Source of the DNA: the human T2T-CHM13v2.0 reference genome, Homo sapiens
DNA: 64,000 bases
Strand: one strand, 5' to 3'
Assembly (NCBI RefSeq): GCF_009914755.1
Contig: NC_060925.1
The notes beneath the pieces are model-generated. The model did no database searches and was not told the DNA's origin. It saw nothing but the letters and a program-made list of their open reading frames with translations. Both the position numbers and the translations under genes were made by a program. Positions 26,581-41,012 of the stretch are shown here, piece after piece; within the stretch, counting starts at the first letter, position 1, and the number at the start of each line of letters is the position of its first letter.

Positions 26581-27814
26581 TGGCTCTTGCCTTTTCTATC
26601 TGAGAATTTTGTTGGAGGTGTTTAGCCACATCTTGAAGCAGCACTAGTTGGGAAGCATCGTGGCTTACCCTGAGAGGTGTTTTGGGAATGCATCTCCAAC
26701 CAATTTGAAGTGCTTATTCATTCAGCATGGGGTTTTCTGAATTCTGGAGCCACAGTCTGACAATAAGCACCCGCCGACTACATGTTCCTCACAGACTGTG
26801 TGCTGATGTCCCAGTGTGTTGGAGGGAGCACTGTTCTTGGAGCCAAAAGTCTGGGCTCAGAGAAGCACTAGTGTGAGATGAAGCTGAGACAGCCAGCGAT
26901 CTGAGCCTTGGTTTCCTCATCTGGAAACAGTACTGCCTTTCTCATCAGGCTATCTGAATCCTGAACATGCAGAGGAGACATCCAAGATCTGTAAATCACC
27001 ATGAAAGAGGTTAGAGTCAAAGGCACCATGAGCCCTTACCAGCTGTAGAGCTGAGGACCAGGGTTCCCAGGTCCTGAGGGTGCGGAGAGGTGCTGTTGTG
27101 TTCTGTGTGATTTCTTCAGGTTCTTGAAGTCAGTCGGTTTTCCCATCATGCCGTGAGGATGCAGCCCTTTTACTGAGGGCTCCGGGAAATGGGACCCTGG
27201 GGAGACGACTATTCTGAGGGGCTGGAAGTCTTCTTGCTTTCACCCTCCAGCCTCAAGGTCATCCTGTGAAGGATGGAGCCATCCACTTTGCTCCACATGG
27301 CACTGCATAGGCCATGATATAATTTTTATGAGTACCCACCAGATGTTCAGCCACAATGAATGGGAAGACTGCATGGCATGCAAGTGAAACTACTGTACCA
27401 CCTAATTCCACACATGACTGGGGAGTGCCAAAAGCACCCCAGGCACTGGTTTCCCGGCCTCCACAGGGCAGCTGACCCCAGCCCAGAGGGACTCAAAGGT
27501 TTCTCCACACCCAGTCCCAGTCTGTCTCCCGTGTCCTGGCTGGGCCTTCCTGGGACACATGGAAAGCGCATCCAGCCACTGTAGGAGAGGTGACCATGTG
27601 ATTCACTGAGACATTTATGGATTCAAAGGGAGGGAAGGAATGAGAAGCATCTGGGAGAAAAGTGTTCTAAAAAGAAAGAAGGTTCAAAGGCCCCAAGGCA
27701 GAAGGGCATCTGGTATGTCCCAGAGGCCAGTCTGAACAAGACAAAAGGAGTGCAGAGAGAGATAGGGAGATGATGTCAGGATGGTGATAATGGGAGGTGA
27801 TGGTGGCAACCAGG

Positions 27815-28045
27815 GACATGGGGAGGAGTCAGGCTGCTTGGGCTTGAATTCTGGCTCTGCCACTTACTGGTTCTGATTCCTTAAGCTACTTAACCTTTTA
27901 ACCCTTCTGAGTCCAAACAACTTTCTAACCTCCCAGGTGGATAAGCATGGCACCTACCCAATCAGCTGATGCTTTCATCCTCTGATCAAATGAGGTTATG
28001 GATGTAAAGTGCTAGTACACAGTAAGCACTCAGTAAATGCTCACT
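27815..28045 (+). mobile_element. MIR (with internal insertion)
   Basis: ggagtcaggctgcttgggcttgaattctggctctgccacttactgg..cacagtaagcactcagtaaatgct. Confidence 0.65.
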
Positions 28046-28831
28046 CTGCATGGTCTTCCTAGTAGACCCCTTTCAATGATTCCTTTAATTTCCTTCACAG
28101 CAGGACCCTCAGTCCATCAGCTCAGGTCCCTGTGGGCATCCCACTGAGATGACAATTGACTCCTAAGGGTTTCCATCTTCATTTCTATTAAATTTTATGA
28201 GGCTTACACTTTTAATGGATAACACCACATTCATTTTTTTTCATTTCCACTCATTTTTATAAAATCAGAGCAACATTATATAGATCACACTCCTTGTTGC
28301 ACAGGCTGGCTCTGTGGAACAGAGCTGCCGCGGCTGCTGCTGCTGACCTGGTGGAACTGTAGGGGGTGGGCCACCTCTCTGAAAAATGACAAGTGAATCC
28401 TGCAGATGGTGAAGCAGGGAAGTCTGAATTTGGTGTACAAAGGTAGTTTAGGGAGTCAGTAGGCAAGGTTGCAACCCAGGCATCATGTGGAAGTCATGGA
28501 TCTGCTGTGTTCCCCAGCCTTATGCTGGGCTGTCCCTTGACTCTTGTCGTGCAAGAAGCTTTTGCTGCAGACTGGCACATTCTTACAGTTTTACAGTCAT
28601 CATTTAACAACCCGAGTCACCCAACCACAGTTTCCCCTGTTATCTGGTACAATGTGCAATACTAATAGTAAAACCAAGTCTTGAAGAGGCATAGCTTGCA
28701 CATGAAAGATGCATGTGGTTGGGAACCCAATATTTAACTTTAAAAAGGAAACACATTCTGGAGCAGAAGATCCCATTGCCCTTTGTTGCTTTCCTCCTAA
28801 ATGTCCCACAGGTACTTCAAACTTAACTCAT

Positions 28832-29000
28832 TGTATTAGCTTCCTTCAGCTGCTGTAAGTGGCTTAAAGCAACACAGATTTATTACATTATGGTCTGGAG
28901 GTGAGAAATCTGACATGGGTCTCATTGGGCTAAAACCAAGGGGTTGGCAGGGCTGTGTTGCTTTCTGGAGGCTCTAGAGGGGAATTGGCTTTCTTCCCTT
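28832..29000 (-). mobile_element. MLT1 fragment
   Basis: tgtattagcttcc..gctgctgtaa..ggcttaaagcaacacagatttatt..ctttctggaggctctagagggga. Confidence 0.7.
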
Positions 29001-30705
29001 GAATTTGGGTACCAAAAATGTTGATGTGAATATTTTACATTTTTAACTGGCTTTGCACAAGGTGGAGAAACATCCCCCATATAGCAACTTCTAGCATTTC
29101 CTCTCAATCCAACAACAAGAGGTATAACATCAATGTGGCATATGCTGATTGTCACTTTGGAAAACATTCCCATGAGGGCATGTATTCTTACAGTCCAAGC
29201 ATGCTGTTTTGGGTGTATTCTTATAGTCCAAACTTAAAGCACAAACAGAACTTAGACATTCTAGTATATCCCTTAGTACACAAGCTTTTGGAAATATCAC
29301 TTGCATTGATCACTATTTGACAGTTGCTGGATAATAGCTGGTTCAGGGTTTCACTTTAAGACAAGTACCAGTATTTTAAGTGGCTGTTGCGAAAACAATT
29401 CATGTGCTTCAGGAGTAAATATAAGAACTGATTTTGCCATGAAAATCAGAAAGATTGACCACTCTTTGCGCTCCAGTTTGTCATGGACTTAGACTATACC
29501 AGACCCAGCTGGCTGAGTCAGAATTCTATTTTGAATCTGCTCAAGTATCTCCACTAAGAGATACTCAATAGGAACTTAGAACTGATATATCTAAAGTGTC
29601 ACCAACCACAGCAATATCAATTGAAATAGTTAGATTGGCTTAACTCATGTATTTATCAAAGGTTTTATTGGTTAAAAAACATACAGAAAAGTCATCTAGA
29701 ATTCCCTAACTTCTCCCTACTCCGACTGTCTTCCCCCTGTGTCCCTTCTCTGTCCTGGCTCTTCCTGGGTTCCTTTGCTTACTCTGAGATAAAATCTCAG
29801 AACAGACCATGAAGCTAGGAGGGCTGAACATAGGCTATTATTGTGCATTAATGATCTAAAACCAGACACAGTAACTGATGAATGGATTTGCAATGCATTT
29901 AATTTATCTACACAATTTACCTCCTTTGTTATCTTATTTCAGCCTAAGGGATGAGAATGAGGCGGAGTCATTATATGATTAATTATTGCCTTGTGACAAC
30001 CTTAAATGATTTTTATGGTTGGCCCTTGTGTGGCTGAGAGCCTACCCAAAGTTAGACAGTCCTCCATGTCACCAGCCACATGGTAAATTGGCCCTGTTTT
30101 CCTACTCTGCCCCTTTCTTTACACTGGCTCCTTTTCTAAATCACTTCACCATCACCCCCAAAACTGATCAGGTACTGCTGAAAGCCAAGTGTTTCTATTT
30201 CAAAATGGAAACAGTAGAAGGGGATCAATTATTAATCAAGCTAATAATTATTTAGGTAAAGCAAGGAACATTTTTTCTTATAAAAATGTGAATGTGATAG
30301 AGGAGACCAGGAAACAGTGAGGGTTTATAAGTGAAGAAATGTTTCAATAAATATAATAATACCTGAAATGAACCACATTCATTTATTGGGCATGAAAAAT
30401 ATTTCACCAATTGCCCTAGCCTGTCTAAATCTCCTCTTGACCAAGTTGTGATGTAAATGAATAAATAAATATATCATGTCTTCTAACCTCACACTATACG
30501 TGTGGACATACATAGGATTGGTTGCTATTATCCTTAATTATTAGAGAGAGAAACAAAAAGACTAATTTGCTAAGGGACTTTGCCTGAGATACGTAGAACT
30601 ATTACTCCTGGAGGATATTTTAAACCTTAATTTCCCTTCTCTCTTTCTGCACTTGTATAGAAAGGATATAGAGGGACTCTTTAAAACCTCCAGTAGAGAT
30701 ACACC

Positions 30706-31140
30706 AGTTTAGTTATCTATCACTGTGTAACAAGCCACCCCAATACTTAGTGACTTAGAGCAACAGCTACTTATTCTTTCTCATGATCCTGTGGGTGGAC
30801 GGGGCTCAGCCAAGCACTTCTTTTGCTCAGGTGTACCTGTGTGGTTGAGAGATAACGTGCAGCTCAGCTGGCATGGACCATCTAAAGGCTCCCACCTTCA
30901 GAGCTCCGTGCCTGTGCCCTCTCATCTTCAGCAGTCTAGCTGGAGTTTCTTTATAGCATAGAGACGAGACTGACTTCGCGACAGAGTGTACCACGAGAGG
31001 CAGCTCCAGTGCGCAAGGGTTTACCAAGCCTCTGTTTACATCCCGCTTGTTAATGTTCATGGGTCAAAGCAAGACCTAAAACCAAGCCCAGAGACAATGT
31101 GTGTGGGGGTGGGGGAAGAAGTTGCGCAGGTACATGAGCC
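30706..31140 (-). mobile_element. Old MLT1-family LTR fragment
   Basis: tagttatctatcactgtgtaacaagccaccccaatacttagtgacttagagcaacagc; 3' boundary approximate. Confidence 0.6.
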
Positions 31141-33279
31141 CTGGGCAGTATGTTTGCTTTGGCCTGCCAAGTGGATTAATGTGGGAAAGGGAGGCAATGG
31201 CTGCTAGGGCTGGTGCACTCCATTGCTCATGTCTATCTTGGGTGAAGAGAGGTGGATCATATACATTATTATGCAGGTGGAGAATACAACTGGTTTAGAA
31301 GTCAGGGCTTTTGGTGGTAAAAGGTGTATTGGTCACCTTTATTCTTTTAGTCAGTGTCTGACTATTGAAAGGGTGAGAAAACATGTTGTCTAAACTGCTG
31401 AATCTTGCTCTCTAGGGGGAGAGTGCATGCTTACAGTGAAGGAAAATTGGCACCCTGTTGAATGAGCAGAGGCAGCTGGCTGAGATAGAGGTTGGATGTT
31501 TCTTTAGATAGCAGACCTACATTGTAGAATGGACAGAATTCAGCTTTCATTTGGACAACTGGAACAACATAGCACCCAGGATATAGGAAGCCCTTTTTAA
31601 AAATGTGTATTAAAATTACTGTGATTATCAGCATGATTCTCAGTGGTTGTGTTCCATACAGAACTGAAACTACTCTCCACCATCCATTACATAGTCATCT
31701 CCCAAAGGAGTAGAATTGGTTTACAGAAGGTGGTTTTGTTCTCCACACTGCCCCTCTCCCTGACCAAGGCATTTTCATGGGTAGTTGTGCAACAGGGTGC
31801 TATATGACACCATCTGATTTTGACTGATACCGCTCTTCTGACATGCCCTGTCTACATTTTTGAGACATCAGTTTGCTTTTGTCTTGCATGCAATTTGTAA
31901 TATGCCCACATTTGGGATTTAAATGAGAGTGACTGCTGTGGGGCAGCATGTGCGCAATGACACCAGGACAGGCTGCATGGCACAGAGCTGAGAGGACCAA
32001 CCGGTATCACCAGGACCCCAGGAAGCCAGGATCCTCATCCTGTCCTTGTCACTGACCAGCTCCATACATTTACAGGATAAGTTTAATTTCTTTGGCCTTT
32101 AATTTTTTCAACCTCACCAGGAGCTAAAGTCATGAAATCTCTACTGTTCCTTTTCTCCATTATTTTAAGATAATTAAAATTCTTTTCACCCTTGACCTCC
32201 ACAGGTTTAGGATTTTTCATTTTAAGCAGTCAATATGACGTTAAGAAATTCGTAGTTCTCACCAAACTCCAAGTAGAGAAAATTATGTCCTGAGATCCTT
32301 GGGCTAGGCATGGATCTGGAGACCTGGCCACGTGCTCGTGGTCAGAGGCGTGTCAGCAGTGTCTGTGCCGAGACTGGGAAGGAAGAGGCAGCTTTGGAGC
32401 TTAAGAGGATGGCGGAGTCCTTGATAAATAAAGGGTTTTCCAGGATGACAGAAAATCTCTCACTTTCTGATACACAAGGAGTTCAGTGAGTGGAATCTTC
32501 AGTAATCAAAACCTGGTTAATATGAAAAAGAAAAAAAAAGAAAGTAAAAATTAGAAAGAAAAAGGATTCACATAGTACAAAATAGAGAAAATAATGAAGC
32601 TGATTAAAGAGGGTATGGGCCATGTGAGATTGTTTGTTGTTATCTCCATCAAGAAAAGCATTTGTGATGCATCTATCTGTGCATGCCAATGTGATAATCA
32701 GCGCACAGAATCCTTGCCCTTCAAGTACTTACTCTGTCGCATGTGGAAAGTCATCTAGAGATAAATGTGCTTCCCCTTGGAGTTGGGGTTCTCACTGGGA
32801 TTTCCCAAGTTAATTAGTCTCTCTTGGGGAGCCAGAGTGATCACTTATTGACTCAAAAACAATTAACTTTTTAACAATTAAGCTTAGCCTCCAACCACAA
32901 ATATTCCACAATTTAAACAACAACACGATTATGGCAAAGATGTGTCAGTCCTTAAGTATTTGTTAATTAGGGACTTTTATCTTGCCAAGCCTCTGAAGAG
33001 CTTGACAATTCGATGCTTAACAAATATTGGAAAAATTATTACTGTGCGTGTGGCTTTTGTGGATGGTGAATAAAGAAAGAATCACAGGAATTTTAGGAAG
33101 AAGTTACATTTGGAAGCCACCATTAACTACTTATATTAATACTTTCTAATTATAAAATAAATATATTCTCATGTTAAGATTATTAGAAAAACAGAAAAAC
33201 TTGAAAAAGAGAGGAAAGCAATCATAGTTTCATCACCTAATGCAGATGCCATTATATTTTGCATTTTTTAAAAAATTTG

Positions 33280-33450
33280 ATTTCTTTTTAGAGACAGGGT
33301 CTCACTATGTTGCCCAGGCTGGAGTGCAGTGGTTATTCACAGGCATATGTCTAAAGTTCACTACAGCCTTGAACTCCTGGCTTCAAGCAATCCTCCCACC
33401 TCAGCTTCCTGAGTAGCTGGGATTGCAGGCGTACACAACCACACTGGCAC
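33280..33450 (-). mobile_element. FAM (fossil Alu monomer)
   Basis: Monomer retaining the 7SL-derived segment gcagtggttattcacaggc. Confidence 0.75.
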
Positions 33451-34899
33451 AGTTTGGCATTTTTAGTCTAGTACTTTCTTTTGTGCAACTATGCTTCCTC
33501 CTCACTGTTCCCCTTCCCCTTGCCTACTTATTGTTAGACAAATTTTGTAGGTGTTACCCAGATAAAGCTGGGTCAGTCTGTTCTGCCTTTATGACTTTGA
33601 TCAAATCAGCTTCAACTCCCCTTCCCATATCCCATGGGAAGTTCAGAGACCTCCTCAGGGTTTCTGGTGTGGACTTCTCACTTGTGCTGTAATGTCCATT
33701 TTGACTTTTTTTTTGTCTTGTAAATGTTCTTCAGTCTTTCATCGTAATTTGATCCAAATGAGGGACTGAACCCCTCTCTTTAGCTTTCTCACGTATGAAC
33801 ATCAGCTTCATCCTTCCTCTTCAGAGTAGGAACAATGTGGTTTTGGATATTGACTCCAGATCCAGCCTGAGTCAGTCGTGATAATTCCATTCCTCTGCCA
33901 AGAATCATTTTAGGAAACAGGTTTAAGCCAATCAGTGCATGGCATTTCCCTGGTGACAGTTCTCCGTTCAGGAGCAAGTACATTCACTAAATTATTCCAA
34001 TCAGACTGAAGGAGAGGGGAGTTTAATTCCACAGTTAGATAAGAGACTCTCTCTCCTACTTGTCAAGAATATTGTCCCAGTTGGCAGCTGCTTGCCTCTG
34101 TAAGAATAGAGCTCTCAGATGGAGGACAGAGCGAGGAAATAAAAAAGCCTGAACTTCTGAGTCTCCACTTACATGAGCCAACGAAAATCTTTTATAGTTT
34201 AAGCTCTCTTGAGACAAACATCCTATTACTTGCTGCCAAAAGCATATTAACTTCTACATAATCTTTCCTCCCTGTGTCTCACCCCCAATAATATTCACAC
34301 AAATTAGCTGTGTGCTAGAAATTTTCTTGAGATAGGGGTTTATATCTCAGAAATATAAAACATATAATTTAACATTGACTATTGAATATAACATTTTTCT
34401 TTTGTCATTTCTGTCTACATTTTTATTTCCTAAGATATGGAGTAATTTGATTTTAAGCAGATTTTTGCTTCAAAGGATCCACTGACCACGGTGACAGAAG
34501 CAATAACAGGGGTGTTTCAGGAACACGATCAGGATGTGTAAAAGCTGCTTTTGGAAAAGCACTGTAAGGAAATTATCTTGGAGATGACATGCAAATGGAG
34601 CCAACAGCTTGTAGGTAAAGGTGCCTGGGCTCCAAGTCTTCAGAATCTGCAAACTCTGAGTGGGTGTGCCTGTCCTCGGGGAAAAGGGCTCAGGGAGGTG
34701 GCTTTATTTCATGCTGAGGCCTTACTATGTTCCAGATTCCCCCGGGGGCTTGGGGATAAAGAATTAAAGATTTATTATCGCCGCTGTTCGCAGGAGGCTC
34801 AGAATGAACTGGGCAGATGTCAAGCAGAGCAAGGGCAGAGTGGAGAGAGTAAGGCTCCATCTTTCTGGTTCAAATCTGTGCTTTGCGACCCCTCAGGCC

Positions 34900-35310
34900 C
34901 CTGATCCGTCGCAGCCGGGGTTCAGGAGCCAGCGCGTGTGTTGAAGTTTCTTGGCCCGCTCACCCGGCCGGCGGGGAATCCTGCGTGGCTATGAGGTTTT
35001 CCGAGGCCCGGTCGCCCGCCTGGTCTGCGTTTATTTTGGGTTAAAATCGCTCTGAGCCAGTCTGCTCCCCCAGCCTGTCTGAGGGAGGTCCAGGTAGACA
35101 CCGCCTGCCGCGTCGTTTTCCTTTTGGGTGACTCCCGTCCCCCTCTATCACCTCACATAACTGCATGGGGTAAAGTCGGCGGTGGGTTCAAGTGTTTTGC
35201 GCTCCCTCCACCTCCCCCAACCCAGTGCAGCCCCGGATGCTGCGTCTTCATCCTGACCCCGGAATTCTGGGGACCGCGCCATCTCTTGAGACTCCCTGCT
35301 CCTCGTGACC
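34900..35310. promoter_or_regulatory. Small orphan CpG-rich patch (possible enhancer or promoter)
   Basis: Cluster of CpGs (ccgtcgcagccgg, cacccggccggcgggg, cccggtcgcccgcc, gccgcgtcg) in otherwise CpG-poor DNA, not matching a repeat I recognise. Confidence 0.5.
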
Positions 35311-36192
35311 TCCCAGGTCAACCCGTGCTCCTCCCCAGTTCTCCACACAGCACTCATTGCCTTGGGAGACCCCCCAACCCTCGTGCTGAAGGAGGTGACC
35401 TGCACCTGTTCCGTGACCTCAGTGTTTCTTTTGCACAGATCGCTTCCTCTGGCTGGGCTGGCTGCGGTGCGTTCGCCTTCGCAGCACCACTGGAACTGTT
35501 CTTCCAGGCAGGGGCGTCTTTTCCCCCATATCTGTGAATGTGCACGGGGCTGGGTTGGGGACAGAAACCGACAGACTGAGGGACAGCTAGAAAGTCTGGA
35601 AGGAGAAGAATGAGATACAAAATAGAGGACAGGTTGGACTTAGAGACTAGCAGTAGAGAAAAAGGGTGAACTAGCAGGAGATGCAGCAGAAGAGCACATG
35701 GATTGAAAAGGGCTCTCCAGAGACGACGGGGAGCAAAGCAGGGAGGGGGTACCTTGACTAGGGGTAGCAGAAGTGGTGTGGAAAAGGGAGATACATCAGA
35801 TAGAGTGAGGGGAATAAAAGAACTGGGACCACAAAAGGCAGAAAGACCTGGTGCCAGGAGCAAAAAAGAGCAATGTGACAGGGAAGGGACTTAGTAAGTG
35901 GAAGGAGCCATAGCTCAGGAAGGGGGTTGTGACAGGGAGAGTCAGCGGGGAGGAGATGAGGGGACAGGGATGGGGAGAAAGATGCAGGAATACATGCAGT
36001 TAGGGGATAGTCAAAATTTGGGGAGAAAGAATGACAGAAAGTGAAACAGAGAGGTTTCAAATAGAATAGGGCCAAACACCCTGTAGGTGGAGGAAAAGAG
36101 AGATGTGAGAAACAAAATAATGAGCAGACATGGAGAGTGAGAAAATGCAGAAATGGATAAAAAAGAAAGAGAGAAGGAAAGAGATATCTAAG

Positions 36193-36220
<28 letters not shown>
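36193..36220 (+). repeat. (GA)14 microsatellite
   Basis: Perfect dinucleotide run ending a purine-rich tract. Confidence 0.95.
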
Positions 36221-36223
<3 letters not shown>

Positions 36224-36945
36224 GACTTGGGCACTGTACACATGGACTCCAGGAAGATTAGGAGTGGTCAAGCCTTTGTGTCCAGATCCTCAGGGATGGG
36301 AGTTTATATTTCTGAAGGGCACACAGTAAATGCTGTTTGACCTTGAAGCTCTGGGGGAGATGACTCTGGGGCTGACGTGTGTGTCGTTCAGTCCATGGTC
36401 ATGGGGATGGGAAGGACCCTCCACTGAGCTCTCACTCATCCCAGCTATGGAGAGGGGCTTGGGCTTGTCTTCCTGGTCTGGAGAGTGGCCGTCCCCAGCA
36501 CTGGAACTGATTATCAATGATGCGTGAAGATCACTCTAAGAATTCTTTGTGTAGGGAGGAGGAGGAGGAGGTGAATAAACTGAGATTTGTTCAGTCCTGC
36601 TGTGTGTCCTGCTGGGGGCCCCCAGGACCTCTCACCTAAACTGCATCACACCTGATAAGAAAGATATTCCTGGACATGTTTAAGAGATCAGAAAACAGAG
36701 GCTGCAGACTTTAAAAACTTTATCTGTAGTGACACAGATTATACGTGAAAGAGCAGGACTTTAAAATGAGATCTATTTGACTCTAAAATGTATGCCTTTT
36801 CCTCTAGATTATTATGGCTGCAGTTATATGCTAAAGAGGGGTAAATAAAATGAGAAGCAGCATAGAAGAGAACATCAAAAACAAGTCAAGAGGTAAAAAT
36901 TAGAATAAGTGAGGAAAGATCAAAAACATTATTAAACTCAGACTA

Positions 36946-37095
36946 GGCTGCGTACAGTGGTTCACACCCATAATCCTAGCACTTTGGGAGGCTGAGATGG
37001 GCAGATAATCTGAGATCAGGAGTTTGAGACCAGCCTGGCCAACATGGTGAAAACCCTGTCTCTACTAAAAACAAAAACAAACAAACAAAAAGAAA
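36946..37095 (+). mobile_element. Alu left arm only
   Basis: ggctgcgtacagtggttcacacc..tctctactaaaa plus (CAAA)n. Confidence 0.85.
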
Positions 37096-39501
37096 CCTCA
37101 AACCAAATGGATCTCAGACAAAGGATTTATATCAGTCATAGTTTGGTGCAGGAAACGAAACCACTTTAGGTATCTTAAGCGGAAAGATATTTAATACAGG
37201 GAACTAGGTGCTCACACAATAATTAGGAGGGTTGGAGGAGTGAGTACTAGTCTGGACTTTCAGGACTTACTCTCAGAACTTTACAGAATGGGTTCTTCTT
37301 TAGGGAGCCATTGGAGCCAGAATCTTGAAACTGTTTCTGCTTCAACTGCCTTTCAAATCCCAAGATCTCCCTAGAGCATCCTGGCTGCAAGGGAACCTAG
37401 GAAATGCATCTTTTAGTCTTCCAGACTCTCCTGTACTTGAAGATCCTTCAGAGGAATGGAGCAGACCAATCATCAGCACCCACCACAGACCTGTTGTTCC
37501 AGATATTTACATAAACAGATAAAGTCATTCATATTTATTCTAGAGGCAAAATGTACTCAATTTCTGCTATGTTATCTCTCAAATTCTCCCTTTTCTTGGC
37601 ATTTAAAAGTTATTCTGCTTATATACAGGGAAAACCTGTGTAGAAAGGCTTTCTTTAGAAATTAAGAACCTTCTCTTGAAGAAAAAAAGGCTTTGTCTCA
37701 GGCTTGGAGTCCTAAGTAGGTAGCAAGAGCAGCCTATGGGGTCTTGGGGAGCAGGGAAAGATCAGGGTTGGCATTACCCTAGAGAGCCGGACCCTGCTGA
37801 GCCCAATGGCAAGTGGGCAGTGGTTATAGGAGACCCCATTAATCCGAGGGGATGCTCCAGAATCTGCATTTAGGTCTTGGAGGCATTCCTGGGAGACCTT
37901 CAAGCAGGTGGCCTCTTCTTTTCACCCCACATTTTGCCAGGATCCCTGGAGAAAAAGACAGAACAGCTAGAGGTGGCTTCCCTTTCCATGTTCTGTGAAG
38001 TGATTTTGTCACAAACAGCTCCTGCTGACCCTCCTTCCCATCTCCAGTGCTCCCAGGGCCTGAAGGAAGTGGCTCCCCCACACAACTGAGGTCCCCACTG
38101 CCCTGTCCATCCATAGTAGGTGTCAATTATATTGTACAAACAATTCACAAACATCGGACATTTTATCAGACCCCATTTCCTTATTTCCAATATTATAAGA
38201 AATTCAAGTCGAGGCTGGCTTCTGCATAGACATGGTGACCTTTGGGCAGGTGAATTTTGTGAGACTCTGTTTCATGAGGCTAAGCTTTTCCTGGGCACGG
38301 CTTCTCAGAAGCCCTGAGCAGGGGAGAAAGCACTCACCAGAGTGAAGGGAGCACAGATTTGCACACCCTTAAGGTTTGTGACCTGTTAAGCTGTGGTTAG
38401 GCTGAGAATAAAGCACAGCTTCAATTCCATGTAGAGCTGGCAAAATATTCAGTAAACAGTTTTCCAAGAGCTGAACTAATTATGCAAGAGCCACGTAGCT
38501 CTGCTGCCCAGATGGGAGCAGAAGTTCCAGCTCTCGGTCATTGTGGAGAAATGGACTGTCAGAAGCAGAACATTCTGTGACAGTGTGGTGGTTGGCAGCA
38601 GAGTGGGCAGCTAGCAGGAGATGGGTCCTGACCCTTCAGCTTGATCTGCTGAGCAGTGGCAAAGAGCATCTCTGCTGGCCTGTCAAATCGTGAGGTGATT
38701 CTGGCCGAACTTGTCTCTGCAGACAGTTTCAAGATGGATATGAGAGTCAGGATACCTGTGACTCCACAAGTTCACAAGATCAAAAGGCCCTGTGCCTGTA
38801 TGATGCCTGTACAGAGCATGCTGGATGTAGCTGATGATGGGCAGAGCTGCTGAAGTGAGGGGAAAGTGCAGTCCCAGAATGATAGGCTACAGTTTGTGAC
38901 TTTATCAACATCAAGATCAGTAAGATGCAGTAGTTTTGCATTGCAGTTGCTCACTTCCACATTGGTTTTGGTTTCTTCCTACTGTTTTGCGCATCAGAGA
39001 TTTAGATAGGGTCTAAATGCCTGTATAGGGAGATGATGTACGAGTGGTTAGAGCTCAGACACAAATTTCAAACCCATGGCTCTACCACTTAATTGCTATA
39101 GGACTTGGACAGGATACTCAACCTCTCTATGCCTTTGCTTCCTCAATGGAAAAAAAATCCTTCCTAAAAAACTCTCATGTTTGTGAATAGTTGACATGAT
39201 TACCAGGTTTCTGAAAACTTGCCAGATACTGGAAATTCAGAGGCTTAAAGCTGTCTAGGGTGTGGAGTCATGGGCTTAGTTCAAATCAGTTTAGAATTCT
39301 AGCTAGGCATGGGGTGCAATCCACAGATGAAGCAATATTGCTTCAGCAGAGACTCTCTCAGGTCTTCCATAGCCAGAAGACCTCCAGGGGCAGACCCTGG
39401 AGCAGGGCACCGCCTTTCTCCCATGTTGTTGTCTTCTAAAATGTCTTTTCTTTTTTTCTCTCTCTCGGATAGGTAGGTAGGTCTTTCCTTTGTTAACAGT
39501 A

Positions 39502-39935
39502 CAGTTGACCCTTGAACCATGCTGGGATTAGAGGCACTGCTTCCCCCGCAATAGTCACGTATAACTACTGACCCCTCAAAAAAGCTACTAATAGCCTACA
39601 GTTGACCAGAAGCCTTGCTGATAACATAAACAGTTGATTAACATATATTTGGTATGCTGTATATATCAGATATTATATTCTTATAATAAAATAAGCTAGA
39701 GAAAAGAAAATGTCATTGAGAAAATCATAAGGAAGAGAAAATATATTTACTATTCATTAAATGGAAGTGGATCACCATAAAGGTCTTCATCCTCATTGTC
39801 TTCATAATGAGTAGGATGAAGGGAGGAAGAAGAGAAGGGATTGTTCTTGCTGTCTCAGGGATGGCAAAGGTGAAGGAAGATTCAAGTATAAGTGAATCCT
39901 CGAAATTGAAAACTGTGTTGTTCCAAGGCCAACTG
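39502..39935. mobile_element. Tigger2a (TcMar-Tigger) MITE, full length
   Basis: TIRs CAGTTGACCCTTGAAC / GTTCCAAGGCCAACTG, TA target duplication on both sides, 434 bp. Confidence 0.9.
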
Positions 39936-40696
39936 TAATCCAATCCAATTGTCTTTATTTCCTTCCCAGAAGTGCTGGGCACCATCACCAAGTGAACCTG
40001 TATTTGAGAGTGATATACATTGGGGAAACTTCCTCACTGTGGAGTTCTCTAGGGAGTGGGCAAAGAGATGGAGTTAGGGGTGTAAAAGGTTTATAGAGGG
40101 GTGTGATGTCTGGGGAAGATAAAGGGAAGGAAGTAGGCTGGACAGGGCAACCTCTGGTGGTAACGCATGTGGGAGTCTCTTATCAATCCAAGGAGAAGTC
40201 CAGAGCCAGGCTGCCTTTCAGAGAAGTCCCACATTGGGCAGGGGTAACCAAGCCCTAGTACTTTGCACTGCTAGGTGACTGGCTGGGGGCTACCTGGCTG
40301 GGAAGAGCATGGCCTCAGCTCACATGGCTGCCTGGCAGCCATCTTCTCCTCCCACCTGGGCTGCAAGCTCTTCCCTAGAGGGAGATGGGGCTGCCATCCC
40401 AACTGAGTGAGTTCACAGCTCAGCGGTGACAACCATGATTGGGTATTAGCCTCCAGTATGTGCTTGACAGTGTTTAAAATAATTTTATTTAAGCCTTAAG
40501 GCTACTCTAAGTTAATTTTTTTTTCTACATTTGAAAATCGAGAAAACTCAAGAGGTTAAGTTACTTGTCCAAGTTCAACTAATGGCTAGAAAAATGGCAG
40601 AGCCAGGGGATTTGAATGGATGAAATGGATGAAATGAAATGATTGTCAATGGAGATTAGAAACTTGTCTTATATTCTTTAAAAAATAGAGGGCATG

Positions 40697-41012
<316 letters not shown>

